Of a DNA stretch of 64,000 nt, positions 37,101 to 51,571 are shown piece by piece. How positions within the stretch are numbered: the stretch's first letter is position 1; every line of letters starts with the position of its first letter. The translations under genes and the position numbers were made by a program. This DNA is from Octopus bimaculoides (lineage: Eukaryota). The DNA is taken from assembly GCF_001194135.2 (NCBI RefSeq), contig NC_068982.1, positions 12,679,187-12,743,186 of the forward strand, read 5' to 3'. The notes under the pieces were generated by a model. The model was not told the DNA's origin and did no database searches. It saw nothing but the letters and a program-made list of their open reading frames with translations.

Positions 37101-38492
37101 GTAGGTCAATTATTTCAGAAATATTACCAACATTTTTTCCTTCATCACATTATTCATAGTTAATCTGTAAAATAGATAAAAACCCAACTAAGGGTCATGG
37201 AGTATTAAGTTCAAAGAATTCACTAATCTTAAGCTCCGGGAACAACTTTGAAGGGAATTCTTCAACCACTGGCTCTAACTTACAGCATAACTAAGAGATC
37301 CTCATTACCTCAGTCACCCACCAGAGGTTACAATATACAGAGAACCTGACAGTACATTTGTTGTAGCTAAATCCTTCCGTCCAAAAGAGTCTTCTCAAAT
37401 CTTCTTGTTCTTCACATCACATCACTTCTCCTTCTCCCCTTTGCTTCCAATTATGTCCCACGACTGCTCCCTTCTGCTTACCTGGCATCTTCAGTGCATG
37501 ACCCATTATGTCACATGTCACTAATTCCCCTGAATAATAAATGATAAGCAATGCTATTATCTTTGTTGTTATCAATGCTATCATCTTTGTCTTTATAGTA
37601 TCAATTACTAAGAATGAATGACATAAGTTAAACTTAAAACATATGTGATTAAAATATATAATTTGATTTATTTATGTACCTAACTCCAAGGTGCCATGCA
37701 AAAGCCCTCAGTACACTCTATGAATTGGTTGGCATTAGGAAGGGCACCCAACCATAGAAACCACTCCAAAACAGACAATTGCAGCCTTGTGCAGCTTCCT
37801 GGCTTGCTAGCTTTTGTCAAACTGCCCAACTGATGCCAGCATGGAAAACGGATGTTAAATGATGATGTTGATGAGTAGTGAAATCAATGTTGGGATGAAC
37901 TTAATGGCTGATGGAAAATAGTAATCAAGTCCATGGGTTTCATTAAGTCAATATGTTGTAAGCAAGATGGGAATCCAAAAGTTTGGGACAACCTTTCATC
38001 TCAGGTGACAAAAGCTATTCTAAAAGATTCCACAGGGTTCTGGCCATAAATATATGTTAAAGCAGAGAGAGAGAGAGAGAGGGGGGACTATGTTTACCAA
38101 GTCAGGCTGGTGTGAATTAAAAAATAATATGAGCGAGAACTCGTAGCAGGATGTAAATCAGTATACTTTAAAAAGTAAATCATTGAGATTAGAATGAACT
38201 TGGAATGACCTGACAGATAAAGTGAAAAGTAGGAGGGGGTTAGATCATCATATGCAAAACAGATGGTAATAGAAGGACAGGGGAAAGAAAGTGCTTGGTG
38301 TTTGTAGCTCAAATGACAAGGTAAAACATTGAATAGATGCGTAGCAGTATAAATTATTCAATTGCAACTAGTGAAGGAAGGAAATATTTTTGTGTGATAT
38401 GGAAAAAGAAATCTGTGGAAAAAATGATGAGAGGATTATAAACATATACAGTATATGTGTGTAGGTACACAAATACATGCACACATACATGT

Positions 38493-38558
<66 letters not shown>

Positions 38559-38734
38559 GAAACAAACAAATGAATGAAGATAATATCACATTTATTATTC
38601 AAATATAACTATTTAAATAACAGGTGGGATGGATACATGATTTAACATGGTTGGACATATATAAACAGCAACAATGCTGTTTCATATTACATGAAAATAC
38701 AATCCTGTCATTTCATACTGAATATGTACACAGA

Positions 38735-38773
<39 letters not shown>

Positions 38774-38824
38774 TTATGTATAGATCATATACATGTGTGT
38801 GTGTGTGTGTTTGTGTGTGCTTTT

Positions 38825-38868
<44 letters not shown>

Positions 38869-41800
38869 TGTGTCGTCTTCATTGTTTAGTAGTAATTACA
38901 GAGAGAGATAGAATGATGTTGTAAGAGAACAGAATTAGAGCTTAGTGAGAGTTGTAGGGTGTGGGACGTTGTCTCACAGTTGCTGACAATGAACTTCATT
39001 TCTTCCTCTGGCCAAGGTTCTAGCTGGTCAGTCTGACTTCGTTCTCACTGAGTCGTCATCATGTGACTGGACTGGTGCTTTTGCTTGGGGTTTCTTGCTT
39101 TTATAACAATCCAGAAGGATAGACATATCATTGAGAACAATAGATTTAGTTGGTGGTCTTGTTATCTCTATTCTAGCTTTTGGTGGAGTAGAAGAGGTTA
39201 GAAAGGGTCAAGTGGTGAAGACATTATTTCGGCCTAGCTAAAGGCATCTGGAAAATGTAAAACTGCTGTCAGAGAAAAACTATTGTTCCACCGTGGGGAA
39301 AAGTTCTGTTGCAGTGTTAATTTAAATTTGGCTATGGTGGATCGAATCCACCTCATGCATGCAAGATCCACTACATATATATGGTACCTCGAAGTCAACA
39401 GAAGTAGCTTCTATCTGGGTGTTCAGTCAGTTAGATATAGCAGTCAAATTTCCCTCAAATCACGTTTTACCATCTTAAATAAACACCTGACATACATCTA
39501 ACAAAGCAGCACGGTCAGCGTTGAGGCACTTTTCATAGGTCTGCTTAGCGTAGAACTATGACTAAACAACAACAGCATCGTTACCATCATCATTACAACC
39601 ATTCTTTAAACCATTAAACCATTATTTTACGAAGACAAAGAAATATCTCTATTACTCATTTGAATTAAGAAGACAACAATGAAAGCAAATTGTTTTTTAT
39701 GTATTTTGTTTAAAAAGATATATTTTACTTTTACAGCTTATAATTTTAATTGATGGAGACTAGATCAAACTATCTTTTGTAGCCATTATAGAAATAATTT
39801 GTAATATATTTAGAACTTTTAATAATATTCAGTCAGAGTCTAGTTTATAATTGGCAAATCAGATATTTTTTTATTCATTCCCAAGACGTCTTTTCCAGTT
39901 CTTAGATATTTAGTTAATATGATTCAACCAAATGTAAGCCTGTCTTGGGGGAATAAATAGACCTCAATGGAAGATTTATGTGGTAACTTTCAGTTTCTCT
40001 ATTGTAATAGATATCAAACTTGGTGTTTTATTCATGCATACAGCTCTTTGTATCTGTTGGCTTACTTAGCGTCAGCTGGGGTGTATGTGTATGAAATAGG
40101 TAGTTTGTCAGTTAGGTAATCAATTTCTCTTTCTATTGAATTCTGAGATCATTGATGCAACTAGCAAAACTTTTTGAGTTCTTATCCTTTATATTTCTGA
40201 TTTTCTGACTGTAAAAGAAATAATCACCTGCCACAAAATATTTCCATCTTAATTTATTTTGATTGTTAATAAAGCTTTCCTTCCATCTATTGCTCATATT
40301 TTATTAGGCAGTAAACAAAATAAAACGAAAGAAATGTCAAAGAATAAAATAAGCAATAATATAATATATTCATGTATTTTCCTTTCTTCAATTCTGGAAA
40401 CAAAATGAAATATATAAAAAAAAAAAAAAACTAAAAAGAGATATTTACAAAAATAGAAATTATATTTCATCCTTTGTTCTCATTCTTGGGTTCACTGCCA
40501 GAAAGCTCAACATTGCTTCAATATAGCTTTTCATGTATAAAAATGATTGAAAGAGAGACTTTGAAAAGAAATGAATACATTATTGAGGAAAAGTGTGTCT
40601 GTAATGATAGGGGTACACTTTCATTTAGTAACAGATACTATGCTTCTACTTCAGACAAGTGAAAGTTCATATATAGAAATTAATTTATTGTTGATATAAT
40701 ACAGACAGGGAAATAATACAAAATATTATCATAAGAAAGATTTGAAAATCAGAGATAAAATCAGAGTTACTTCTGGAAAGGTTATGAAAAGATAGATGCA
40801 CAAAAATTTCTTTCCAAATTGATAAAATAGTTTTGTCTTGTGTACATTGATAACTACTAGCCTATCAAGGATGTTAGAAGAAGGCATAGCAGCAACGTTT
40901 CCCATTTTTCTAGCCTTTGGAGTTAATAGAGCTGATCAAAATTGACTCTATTTTCACCTTTGTGTGCCTGGTAAATAAATATTTTGTAAAAATTTTGATC
41001 TGACTTTATGCATATTTAAAAATCTATATGTTGATCTAGAAAAATCTTATCTTGTTATATCAAGTAAGATAGCTTATCTTGCAATATCAAAAAAAATTAT
41101 ATCTGCATTTATTGTATTCTAAATTAACTCAAACTTTTCCGATTTCAAATTGTTAAAAGATAAATCTGAAAGACTAAGCTTGATCAATGAAGATGAAATG
41201 CTAAAGATTTAATTGTGAGGTTATGGTTGAGGCAACCAGAATACAACAGCATTAGTAAGAAGGAAATAAGTGGTGCTATTACAATTCATAATATGAGAAC
41301 ACAGTTCAACTAACGTGTGTAAAATAAAGATAATGGAATTTCAAGTTGAATGTAAATCAAAACGTTTGTTCTAGATGTAATGTCATTCTTAATGTTGTAA
41401 TAAGACAATTTATCAAATTAACATTTACTTAACATTCCATGAATTCATATTGTAAAAATATCATTATCTCACATCATTATTTATTTATTTTTGCTTTCAT
41501 ATTTGTTGTATTTTTGATTCCATTATTTGCATTCATGCCAGGTTAGTTCACTCACTCATCATATAACAGTTTGGAAAGTTGCGTTTCTATTATATTTAAA
41601 CAACAAAGGTTGGAATCTTTAGAAAAGATCACAAGGAAAGAAAAATTGAATGTGATAACTTGGTATTTAGCTAATTTATTTGAGATACATTAAATATCTA
41701 AATTAAATGATAGATGCATGATCTCCTAGAACAATACATAGCATGAGTGCTATGTCCTACTTTAAAACAATTTATTCTATTTCATTTAATATAGTTAGGT

Positions 41801-43229
41801 GCAAAATAGTTTCTTGCTAAGAAAAGTATCATGCTATTCTTTCATCCTAATAATTGTTTGGTGTTGTCTAAAGTTGTGTATCATTACATATATATTAACA
41901 TGCTTGCAACTATCATTTCCATATAGAATTTTGTACAAAATGTATTTTGTCATTGTTCTCAGTTGATATTGGTGATACTAATTTTTGATTTTTCAAATTT
42001 GTTTATGTTATTTTATATCTTTACATTTAAATTTCTTGTTTCAGTTAGTATATATGATACAGGTTTATGAATATGATATTATGGCATGATATACGATATT
42101 GCAAAATGTTGATAGCTTCTGTCTACATTACCAAAATTATTTGAATATATTATTCTTTTTATCAGTGTCTAAGATATTTTCACTTAAGTGTTATAAAAGA
42201 TACTATTAGAGTGTCATACCAAAACTTGATTACAAGAATATCAGGTGTATTCTTCATACATTGATTTTAGTGAACTGCCAGTAGTTACAGGGAAGTCAGT
42301 CAATTTGTTTCCATTTAGACTGTGAAATGATCATTGCTATTCTGTGGTATGATAAATATATCCTAGAGTGAAATTTTTGTTGATGGCTTTTAGGTTTTCA
42401 TTTTATCAGCAAAATCTAACCAAATTTACTTTGTCTTTTCATTTAGTGTAGTTTATTCTTTTGAAGGTTACAGTCATGACTGACACCAAGCTGAGATACT
42501 ACATTTAAGGGTTTTAACCAATTATATCAATCCAATACTTAGACTGGTACTTATTTGATCGATCTCTACTTTTCAATGTGTTAGTGTTTATTGACATATT
42601 AACTTATGTCACTTTTCACAAGTTAAATCCCTAAGGGTTGTAAGAAACGCATGTTGCACCGATTTGCACTGCTATGCACATACACAAAAACAACATTCAT
42701 GCACACATATATACATACATGTGCATCCACACATACACAAACCTACCTATGCATTCAAGCAAACATTATTATTCATGTATATATCTTTTATCTTTTATGT
42801 GTTTCAGTGACATGCTGAGGTACAACCTTGAAGGGTTTACCTGCATAAATTGACACCAGTACTTATTTTGAAGCCTGCCCCTCATTGTGTCAGTCTCCTT
42901 TTGCTGAACGGTTAATCTACAGGGATGTAAACAAACTAATGTCAGTTATCAAATAGTGGTAGGGAACAAACACAAAGACATGCACACATACCCACACATC
43001 TGTGTGCAGACAATTCACTGACAAGCAATTCCCACATGGCCTCAGACACAACACAGAGGCCTACATCAAGTGCCTAGAGGAGGCTGTGCTGCCCTAGGTC
43101 AATAGGGTGGCTACTGGAACACCCTATGTCTGGCAACAGGACTCTATACCATACCACATAACTATCCTGTCTGTAAGTTGTCTGTTGGCCAACTGTCTGT
43201 TGACAAGTTGTCCGTCTACCCACACATCA

Positions 43230-44520
43230 TCATCATCATCATTTAGCATCTGTTTTTCATGCAGGCATGGGTCAGACATTTTGACTGGAACTGGTAAGCT
43301 GGAGAGCTGCACCAGGTTCCAGTCTGTTTTGGCTTGGTTTTTATGGCTGAATGCCCTTCTTAATGACAAGGGCATCCTTGTCTTAATGGATGCCCTTGTC
43401 TTCCATTAAGACAAGGGCATCCATTGTCTTAATGGATGCCCTTGTCCACAGAATGCACTGAGTACCTTTAACATGTCACTGGCATGGGTACCTTTTATGT
43501 GCCACTGGCATGGGTACCTTTTATGTGTCACCAGCACTGGTTACTACAATCATTTCACTTAGCTTGACATGTCTTCTCATGCACAGCAAATCACCAAAAG
43601 TCTCTGTCACTTGTTATCGCTTCTGTGAGACTCAAGATCATATTTCACCATCTCATCCAACATCTTCCTTGGTGTATCTCTTCAGCAGGTTCCCTCCACA
43701 CTAAGAAATTGGCACTTCTTTAAGGAGCTGTCCTCATCCATACATATCACATGGCCTTACCAGTGCAATCTTCTCTCTTGCACACTCCATGTAATGCCAA
43801 TTATACCCAATTTTCTCTTATGACACTTACACTCTGTTGCACATGCACATTGACATTGCACATCCAGAAGAACACACTAGCTTCATTTCTTTCAAGATTT
43901 TGCATATCCTTAGGGCTCACAGCCCATGTTTCACTGCCATGTAGCATGGCTATTTGCACACAAGTATCATACAAGCTGCCCTTCAATCTGAGGGAGAGGC
44001 TCTTTGTCACCAATAAAGGTAACAGCTTTCTGAACTTTGCTCAGTCCATTCTTATTCTAGATATTATACTCTTGGAGCATCCACCTTCACTACTGACTTT
44101 GTCACCTAGGTAACAGAAAGTTGTCTACTACTAAATATCCCCCTGGCATTTGATGAAGTCTATTCTTTGTACATCCCTAGTGTTTATTATACCTACACAT
44201 CTAACACATGTAAAAACTACTTCCTCTGTTAACCTTCCTCTGATATTGCTGCACCTCTTGTATGCCCATAGCTCGCACTGGATACATCTTAATGAGTTTC
44301 TACCTACACCTTTTCTACATATCAAACAGAGCCATCTTCCAGAAGGGATTTGTGATTTCTCTGTTTTCCTACTTATCAAGACTTTGGTCTTTGCTAAATT
44401 AACTGTAAGGCCTTTTCATTCCAGGCCTTGCTTCCATGCCTGAAACTTTTCTAGTCCTCGTAGTGTTCAGCTATAAGGACAAGGTCATTACTCCTATCTG
44501 TACACTGAACTCATTACCAT
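43230..44520 (-). mobile_element. 5'-truncated RTE LINE (part of RT, Cys-rich insert, C-terminus, 3' tail)
   Basis: DLVLIAE, GLTVNLAKTKVL, CLICRKGVGRNSLRCIQCELWAYKRC..CVRC and KGSLYDTCVQIAMLHGSETWAV in successive frames. Confidence 0.85.
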
Positions 44521-46058
44521 ACTTGTTGCAATGAATTCAGTGATGTACAAAAGACTTCTTTCAGTTTCCATCTACCAAATCTACACATAAGGCTTTAGTC
44601 GACCCAGGGCTATAATAAAAGACACATTTGTGCTTGTGTATCTTTTTTCCATATAGATTAATAAACACGAACACACCACCAATAAAACCATTGGACTGAC
44701 ATTTTCAAAATAAAATCCTTTTTGTATTCTGCCTGAGTTACAGAACAGATCTCTGTCACTCTTGGCAACAAAATTATTCTTCAATGTATTCATGATCGGT
44801 TGAATCTAAAACTGAATATACATAGATTCTAGTTGTGCAAAGTATCTCACAAGAAATTACCTTTTCACTAAGCCCATATGACCGTTCAAAGATTTGTAAG
44901 AGCATAAAAAGAGAATCGAATGTTCTTCAAGAAGAAAGAGTATAAACTGAGCTGTTTTTATACCGATCTTCTTCCTCATGGCATTCTATTTTCTTAATTG
45001 TTCTTATTCTGTAAACACTAGAGAAATACACAAAATTTGAAATGAGTTTTCATTAAAACTTATGTCTGATTTTCCAGACATTTGCTTATTTAATCTTTGG
45101 AGTAGTAATTCTTAGTTGTATTCCCTTCAGATAATGAATTGCTGTATCATAAATTAAAACTGATATCCATTACTTATTTATATAGAATGAGATAAATTGA
45201 GTTATATTTCTGCTCAGTAATGTGACTAAAATTAATCTAATTCATTTTTCATTCCCAAGTCGAATCAGATTCTTTAGTCAAGGCAAAAAAAGGGAAACCG
45301 AAAAAAAAACAACAAAAAACAAACAAAAACAAATTTAACAAATGAAGCCACTAGTTTTATTGCATTAAAAAACAAATATTGTTATTTAATAATATTTATC
45401 CAGTATTATAAAATATCAAATCTCTTATGAATATCAATAAAATACTATTTTTGTTTTTTTCTGTTTTGTTTCGGTTTGTTTCTTTACATAAGCTTTGTAA
45501 TCTCTGTAGACATCAAGTCTTCTTGATGACAGTCTACTGGTCCCTATCAAATGAAGTGTATTACATTATATCTGATAAAAAACAAAAAAAAACAACAAAA
45601 AACAGTTGAGATAAAAGCCTACAGCTCAGCATTAAACAAATATTTTTATTAATGTAGTAACAGATCTAACACCACTGTAGTTGCTATTTCTTGAAATTCT
45701 AAATTTATCCCAGTAGGTAATCTCTCTTTCAAATAAAACACTTCTAAAAATCAAATCTCAATAGATATTTCCTGACATGAACAGTACTTGTACACTCTAT
45801 TAATCTTTGCTTTTTCCCTTGTGACTATTGTCTGAAACAGACTATCTATTAGAAATCAACCAAATAGAGTTCTCTGTTTCTCTCTCTCTTAATCTTTTTC
45901 CTGTTACATGCAAAGTTTATATATACACACATATAAATATACACATATATATACATATATATATAAATGTATGTATGTATGTATGTATGTATGAATGTAT
46001 ACACACACACACACACATATATATACATATATATATATATACACATATATACATACAT

Positions 46059-46110
<52 letters not shown>

Positions 46111-48437
46111 GTGTATATATATATATATANNNNNNNNNNNNNNNNNATGTGTATATATGTATGTGTGTGTATATAGATATATATATATATATATGTGTAC
46201 CTATACTTAATGAACGTTAAATGATGATGATGATGACATATACTTAACACACATACACACACTATATGTATGTGTGTGTATTTAGACACACATACACACA
46301 CGCACACACATACGCATAGTTATATATGTATATTATGTATGCATATATTTGTATTCTCTTTCCTTTCCTTCTTTGTACAACATAAAAAGTTAAAAAAATA
46401 AAACAATAATTTGTAGACTATTGGAGACTAACACTGGCAAGTAAACACAATTTTGATAGTTAAGCTAATAATAATCATCAATCTCTAGGGTATATTAAGA
46501 AGAAAGCTGAAATATTAATATCAAAGAGAAAAATTCAAGTATTAACTGAAGACAAAGTTCATCACATGGCAGACAGAAGCCATCTTCTTAAAAAATAAAT
46601 CTGTCTCAGTAGATAAGAAAAGAAAAAAAAATACACACAGCTTAATTATAGGAAAACATTGTTCTCTGTATTTTATCACAGATAAAAATGTTGTTTATAA
46701 GATCATCAATAGAGTAGTTTTACTAAACATGATTTTAATATAAAGAAAACAGTGTATAAATTAGCTAATAGAAACAGAATATTTTATAAGAACCTCCATT
46801 GATTTAATATTTTTTTAACTTAATCAATAAATAATTTAGCTAAATCTATTGCATCTCAATTGAATTTACAAAATATTGAGGTATACTGTCCATAAACACC
46901 ATTGAATATATTTTTCATTACATTTTTTTATTGGTTATTGTTTGCAGATGATCATGTGTAAAGATAAAAAAAAAACCAAATAAAGAAATATTTTTGCCTT
47001 ATTTTGACAAGATATCAAGGAAAAGGATATGTATGAATGACATCAATAAAATTTCCATATTTTTTAAACATTAAATATTAATTTTCTTTTTGACTAAGAA
47101 TATATATAAGGTTTCATATTTAAGTTTTTCAGGTAAGAATTAGATTTATTATAAATAAGTATTTTTTGAAAGACTTTGCTTTGAATTGAATGTTAGAATT
47201 CTTTATATTATGCAAATTTCTGCTGCTTTGCATACACCTTTAATTTGCAAAAAATTATATAAGTTTGGCAAACTTCGATGTATATATGTTTTTGAAGTTC
47301 TTTATTTTAGCCATTACAAAGATGGAGGACCACTTTTATAAATATGCATATAAGCAAACTTCTTAACTAGTCTATTCCTGCCTCTTTTTCTCTCTCTTTT
47401 GCCTTCTTCTCTTTCTCCTCGCATCTCCTACCAACTCACTTCTCTGTTGCTTTCTGTCTCTCAGCCCTCCACCACTCTTTCTCTCTCCTACCACGTGAGC
47501 CGTGACCATTCCTCTCTCTCTTTCATTTCCTTTTACACCTGACCGCTGACTTGTTCAGTCACATTTCTTATGCTTCATTCTCTACTTTGAATATGGTTTG
47601 TTTTTTCTACCATCCATTTTTCTTACCTTTCATTCTGTTTTTCCACCTGTCTCCTTTCTGTTTCCAGTCCTATAGAACATTTTCCTTTCCTTTGCATAAC
47701 CCATATATTCATTTCATCATAGAGTTGCACGGCCTTACTTTGTTTGTATATTGTATTTTTATTTCATTTTGTTTGTCTGTTCACATCTGTGTTGCGTTTT
47801 GTTTTGATTACTGTCCCCAACATCCATTCGCTATTCCCAACAGCTTCTCACTGTTGATTCCACCAGAAGTGAACAATAGTGAACAATAGTGAACAATAGT
47901 GAACACACACACACACACGTGCACATGTATATGATGTGCTTCTTTCAGTTTCCATCAGCAAAATCCACTCACAAAGCTTTGGTCGCCCTACAGCTTTAGT
48001 AGGAAAAACACGGTGCCACACAGTAGAAATGAAACCAGAACCATGTGGTTGGAAGGCAGACTTCTCACCACACAACCACACCTTTGTGTTCGTTCATCGT
48101 TTAACGTCTGCTTTTCATGCTAGCATGGGTTGGACAGTATATATGATCCAATTGCTGGGGCGTTGCACTCATGACCACGAGATCCTGATTTCGATTCCCA
48201 GACCACCAGGTGGTGTATTGTATTCTTTTGTAGAGCATCCCATTTCACATAGCTCTTTGATCATTTCAATGTCTGACGTATGACACACTTGTGCATCTGT
48301 ACACTTAATGTCAATTTGCTGGAGGGAGTGAACATACAAGCAACACAAACATTTGTTCACATTCAACAAATCATTTATGTGGTAGTTTGGCAAGAAACTG
48401 CAGAATGCTCATCCATCATTTAATGATAGGAGAGTGC

Positions 48438-48564
<127 letters not shown>

Positions 48565-49198
48565 TAATAATAATGATAATANNNNNNNNNNNNNNNNNNN
48601 NNNNNNNNNNNNNNNNNNNNNNNNNNNNNNNNNNNNNNNNNNNNNNNNNNNNNNNNNNNNNNNNNNNNNNNNNNNNNNNNNNNNNNNNNNNNNNNNNNNN
48701 NNNNNNNNNNNNNNNNNNNNNNNNNNNNNNNNNNNNNNNNNNNNNNNNNNNNNNNNNNNNNNNNNNNNNNNNNNNNNNNNNNNNNNNNNNNNNNNNNNNN
48801 NNNNNNNNNNNNNNNNNNNNNNNNNNNNNNNNNNNNNNNNNNNNNNNNNNNNNNNNNNNNNNNNNNNNNNNNNNNNNNNNNNNNNNNNNNNNNNNNNNNN
48901 NNNNNNNNNNNNNNNNNNNNNNNNNNNNNNNNNNNNNNNNNNNNNNNNNNNNNNNNNNNNNNNNNNNNNNNNNNNNNNNNNNNNNNNNNNNNNNNNNNNN
49001 NNNNNNNNNNNNNNNNNNNNNNNNNNNNNNNNNNNNNNNNNNNNNNNNNNNNNNNNNNNNNNNNNNNNNNNNNNNNNNNNNNNNNNNNNNNNNNNNNNNN
49101 NNNNNNNNNNNNNNNNNNNNNNNNNNNNCGCTAAGCATTTCGGTGAGAGCGCTAACGATTCTGCCGGCTCACCTCCTTAATAATAATAATAATGATAA

Positions 49199-49293
<95 letters not shown>

Positions 49294-49311
49294 TTGATGA
49301 TAATAATAATA

Positions 49312-49342
<31 letters not shown>

Positions 49343-49390
49343 TAATAGTAAAACTAAAAAAATATAATGATAATAATAATAATAATAATG

Positions 49391-49427
<37 letters not shown>

Positions 49428-50250
49428 TAATAATAATAATAATAACAGCAAGATATATATATATCAGTACCGGATCTTCATTGCTGACTATATCTGTCTT
49501 TGTGCTTCTTCATTAAGTATATTGTCATTTAAAAATACTGCATTTATTCAATAAAAGCATACCTGGGTTTACCTTCTCGTAACCGATGTGTACACATTGG
49601 TTACTGTTCACTCCACATTATTAAAGCAGGTCTCGATGTTTCAAATGTTGAATTACTGCAGTGTAATTAAGAAATCATACAAAATATTTTGCATTTCAAG
49701 ACACAACGTACATAAAATTTATGACTCTCGGCCGTCTCCATCTCTTCCTTTCTGCTCCCAACTCTCTGTCTTGCTTTCTTTCTCTGACAATTTCCTCTCC
49801 TAAAAAATAATTTTTCTCAAATAATGACATCATTTCAAATCTCTGCTTAAGCTCTTTTACGAAGCATTATCGTAAATTCAAGAAGATGTGCCCTTATATT
49901 TTTCTAAGATGCCAAGTAATTATGGCTTTTGTGGATCAATTTTATATCATCTTTTATCTTTTACTTGCTTCAGTCATTAGACTGTGGCCATGCTGGTGCA
50001 ACACTTTGAAGAATTTTAAGTCAAATGAATCAGCCTCTGTACTTGATTTTAAAGCCTGTTACTTATTTTATAAAGTCTCTTTTGTTGAACAAATAGATAA
50101 TGGGGACATAAACACACCAACACAAGCTGTCAAGCAGTAGTGGAGGACAATCACACACACACACACGTGTGTGTATATATATATATATATATACCATGAT
50201 TGATTGCTTGCCACTAAACCTTATTTTCTCTCCCTGTTTATTCTGTGTTC

Positions 50251-50286
50251 CTTTCTGTTGAAGAGCATAGGCTCGAAACGTAAAAG
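50251..50286 (+). ncRNA. Hammerhead-like motif of a second Penelope-like terminal family
   Basis: CTTT-CTGTTGA-A-GAGC-ATAG-GCTC-GAAAC-GTA-AAAG; core position A6 is T. Confidence 0.45.
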
Positions 50287-50360
50287 ACTTTCTCACTTCC
50301 TGAGCATTAAACTATTATACAGAGCCTTGTTTTTATTTTATCTCATTACGAAAAGTAAAT

Positions 50361-50394
<34 letters not shown>

Positions 50395-51158
50395 ATGATG
50401 ATATACATATATGGCTTTGGTCAGCCCAAGGCTATCGTAAAAGACACATGCCCGAGGTGCCATGCTGTGGACTGAACCCAGAGCTGTATAGGTGGGAAAC
50501 AAACTTTTTACCACACAGCCACACTTGCTCCTTTCTTTAAAAATAATTTGCTATTAAATAACAGCATCCTTTCAAATTTCTGCTTAAACTTTTTTCACCA
50601 AGCATTATCACGAATTCATGACGATATGCTTTTATATTTCTCTAAAATACTTTGTAATTACAGCTTTTGTGGATCAATTTTATATTAGTGAAAAGAAGGA
50701 AGATAAAAAAACATCCACAAGATCCATAATGTTGTGTCATTTCCATCACGCTGCAGCCTTGCAAACTCATATTTTCATATCTTCATTTGTCATGAATTTA
50801 TGGCATATTGCTTTCCAGAAGTATCACCAGTTAGATAATGGATCTTTTTTGCAGAGTCAAATTGTCATGATTTATAATTCATAAAGTCTGGGAACTGCTG
50901 GTTATTTGCTATAAGATTAGTTTGGTTATAACTGCAAAGCTTGAGATCCTTTATCAAATTTGCATATAGTGTGTTACCAAATTATTTGTATGAATAATCA
51001 ACTTCTAAAAAGCTTGTGCTTTATTTTGTCATATGCTATCTAACTTAATCTGTTTGTGAGAAATGTGAAAATTGTTTGCATATGTGTGTACATATATATG
51101 TATATATATATGTGTGTGTGTGTGTGTATATGCATGTATATGTGTACATATGTATCCC

Positions 51159-51191
<33 letters not shown>

Positions 51192-51249
51192 TATTTATAC
51201 ATTTATGTATGTTTATATATATATATACATACATAAATATTTATATGTA

Positions 51250-51280
<31 letters not shown>

Positions 51281-51571
51281 NNNNNNNNNNNNNNNNNNNN
51301 NNNNNNNNNNNNNNNNNNNNNNNNNNNNNNNNNNNNNNNNNNNNNNNNNNNNNNNNNNNNNNNNNNNNNNNNNNNNNNNNNNNNNNNNNNNNNNNNNNNN
51401 NNNNNNNNNNNNNNNNNNNNNNNNNNNNNNNNNNNNNNNNNNNNNNNNNNNNNNNNNNNNNNNNNNNNNNNNNNNNNNNNNNNNNNNNNNNNNNNNNNNN
51501 NNNNNNNNNNNNNNNNNNNNNNNNNNNNNNNNNNNNNNNNNNNNNNNNNNNNNNNNNNNNNTATATATATA

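Noticed and set aside
38960-39247. Coding-looking minus-strand segment after a strong acceptor (TTTTACATTTTCCAG)
   Set aside because: All three frames stop within 8 codons of the acceptor, and the later frames are interrupted and unrecognised.
40914-40970. 57-nt plus-strand exon candidate (PLELIELIKIDSIFTFVCL)
   Set aside because: Isolated and unrecognised; cannot be supported without transcript data.
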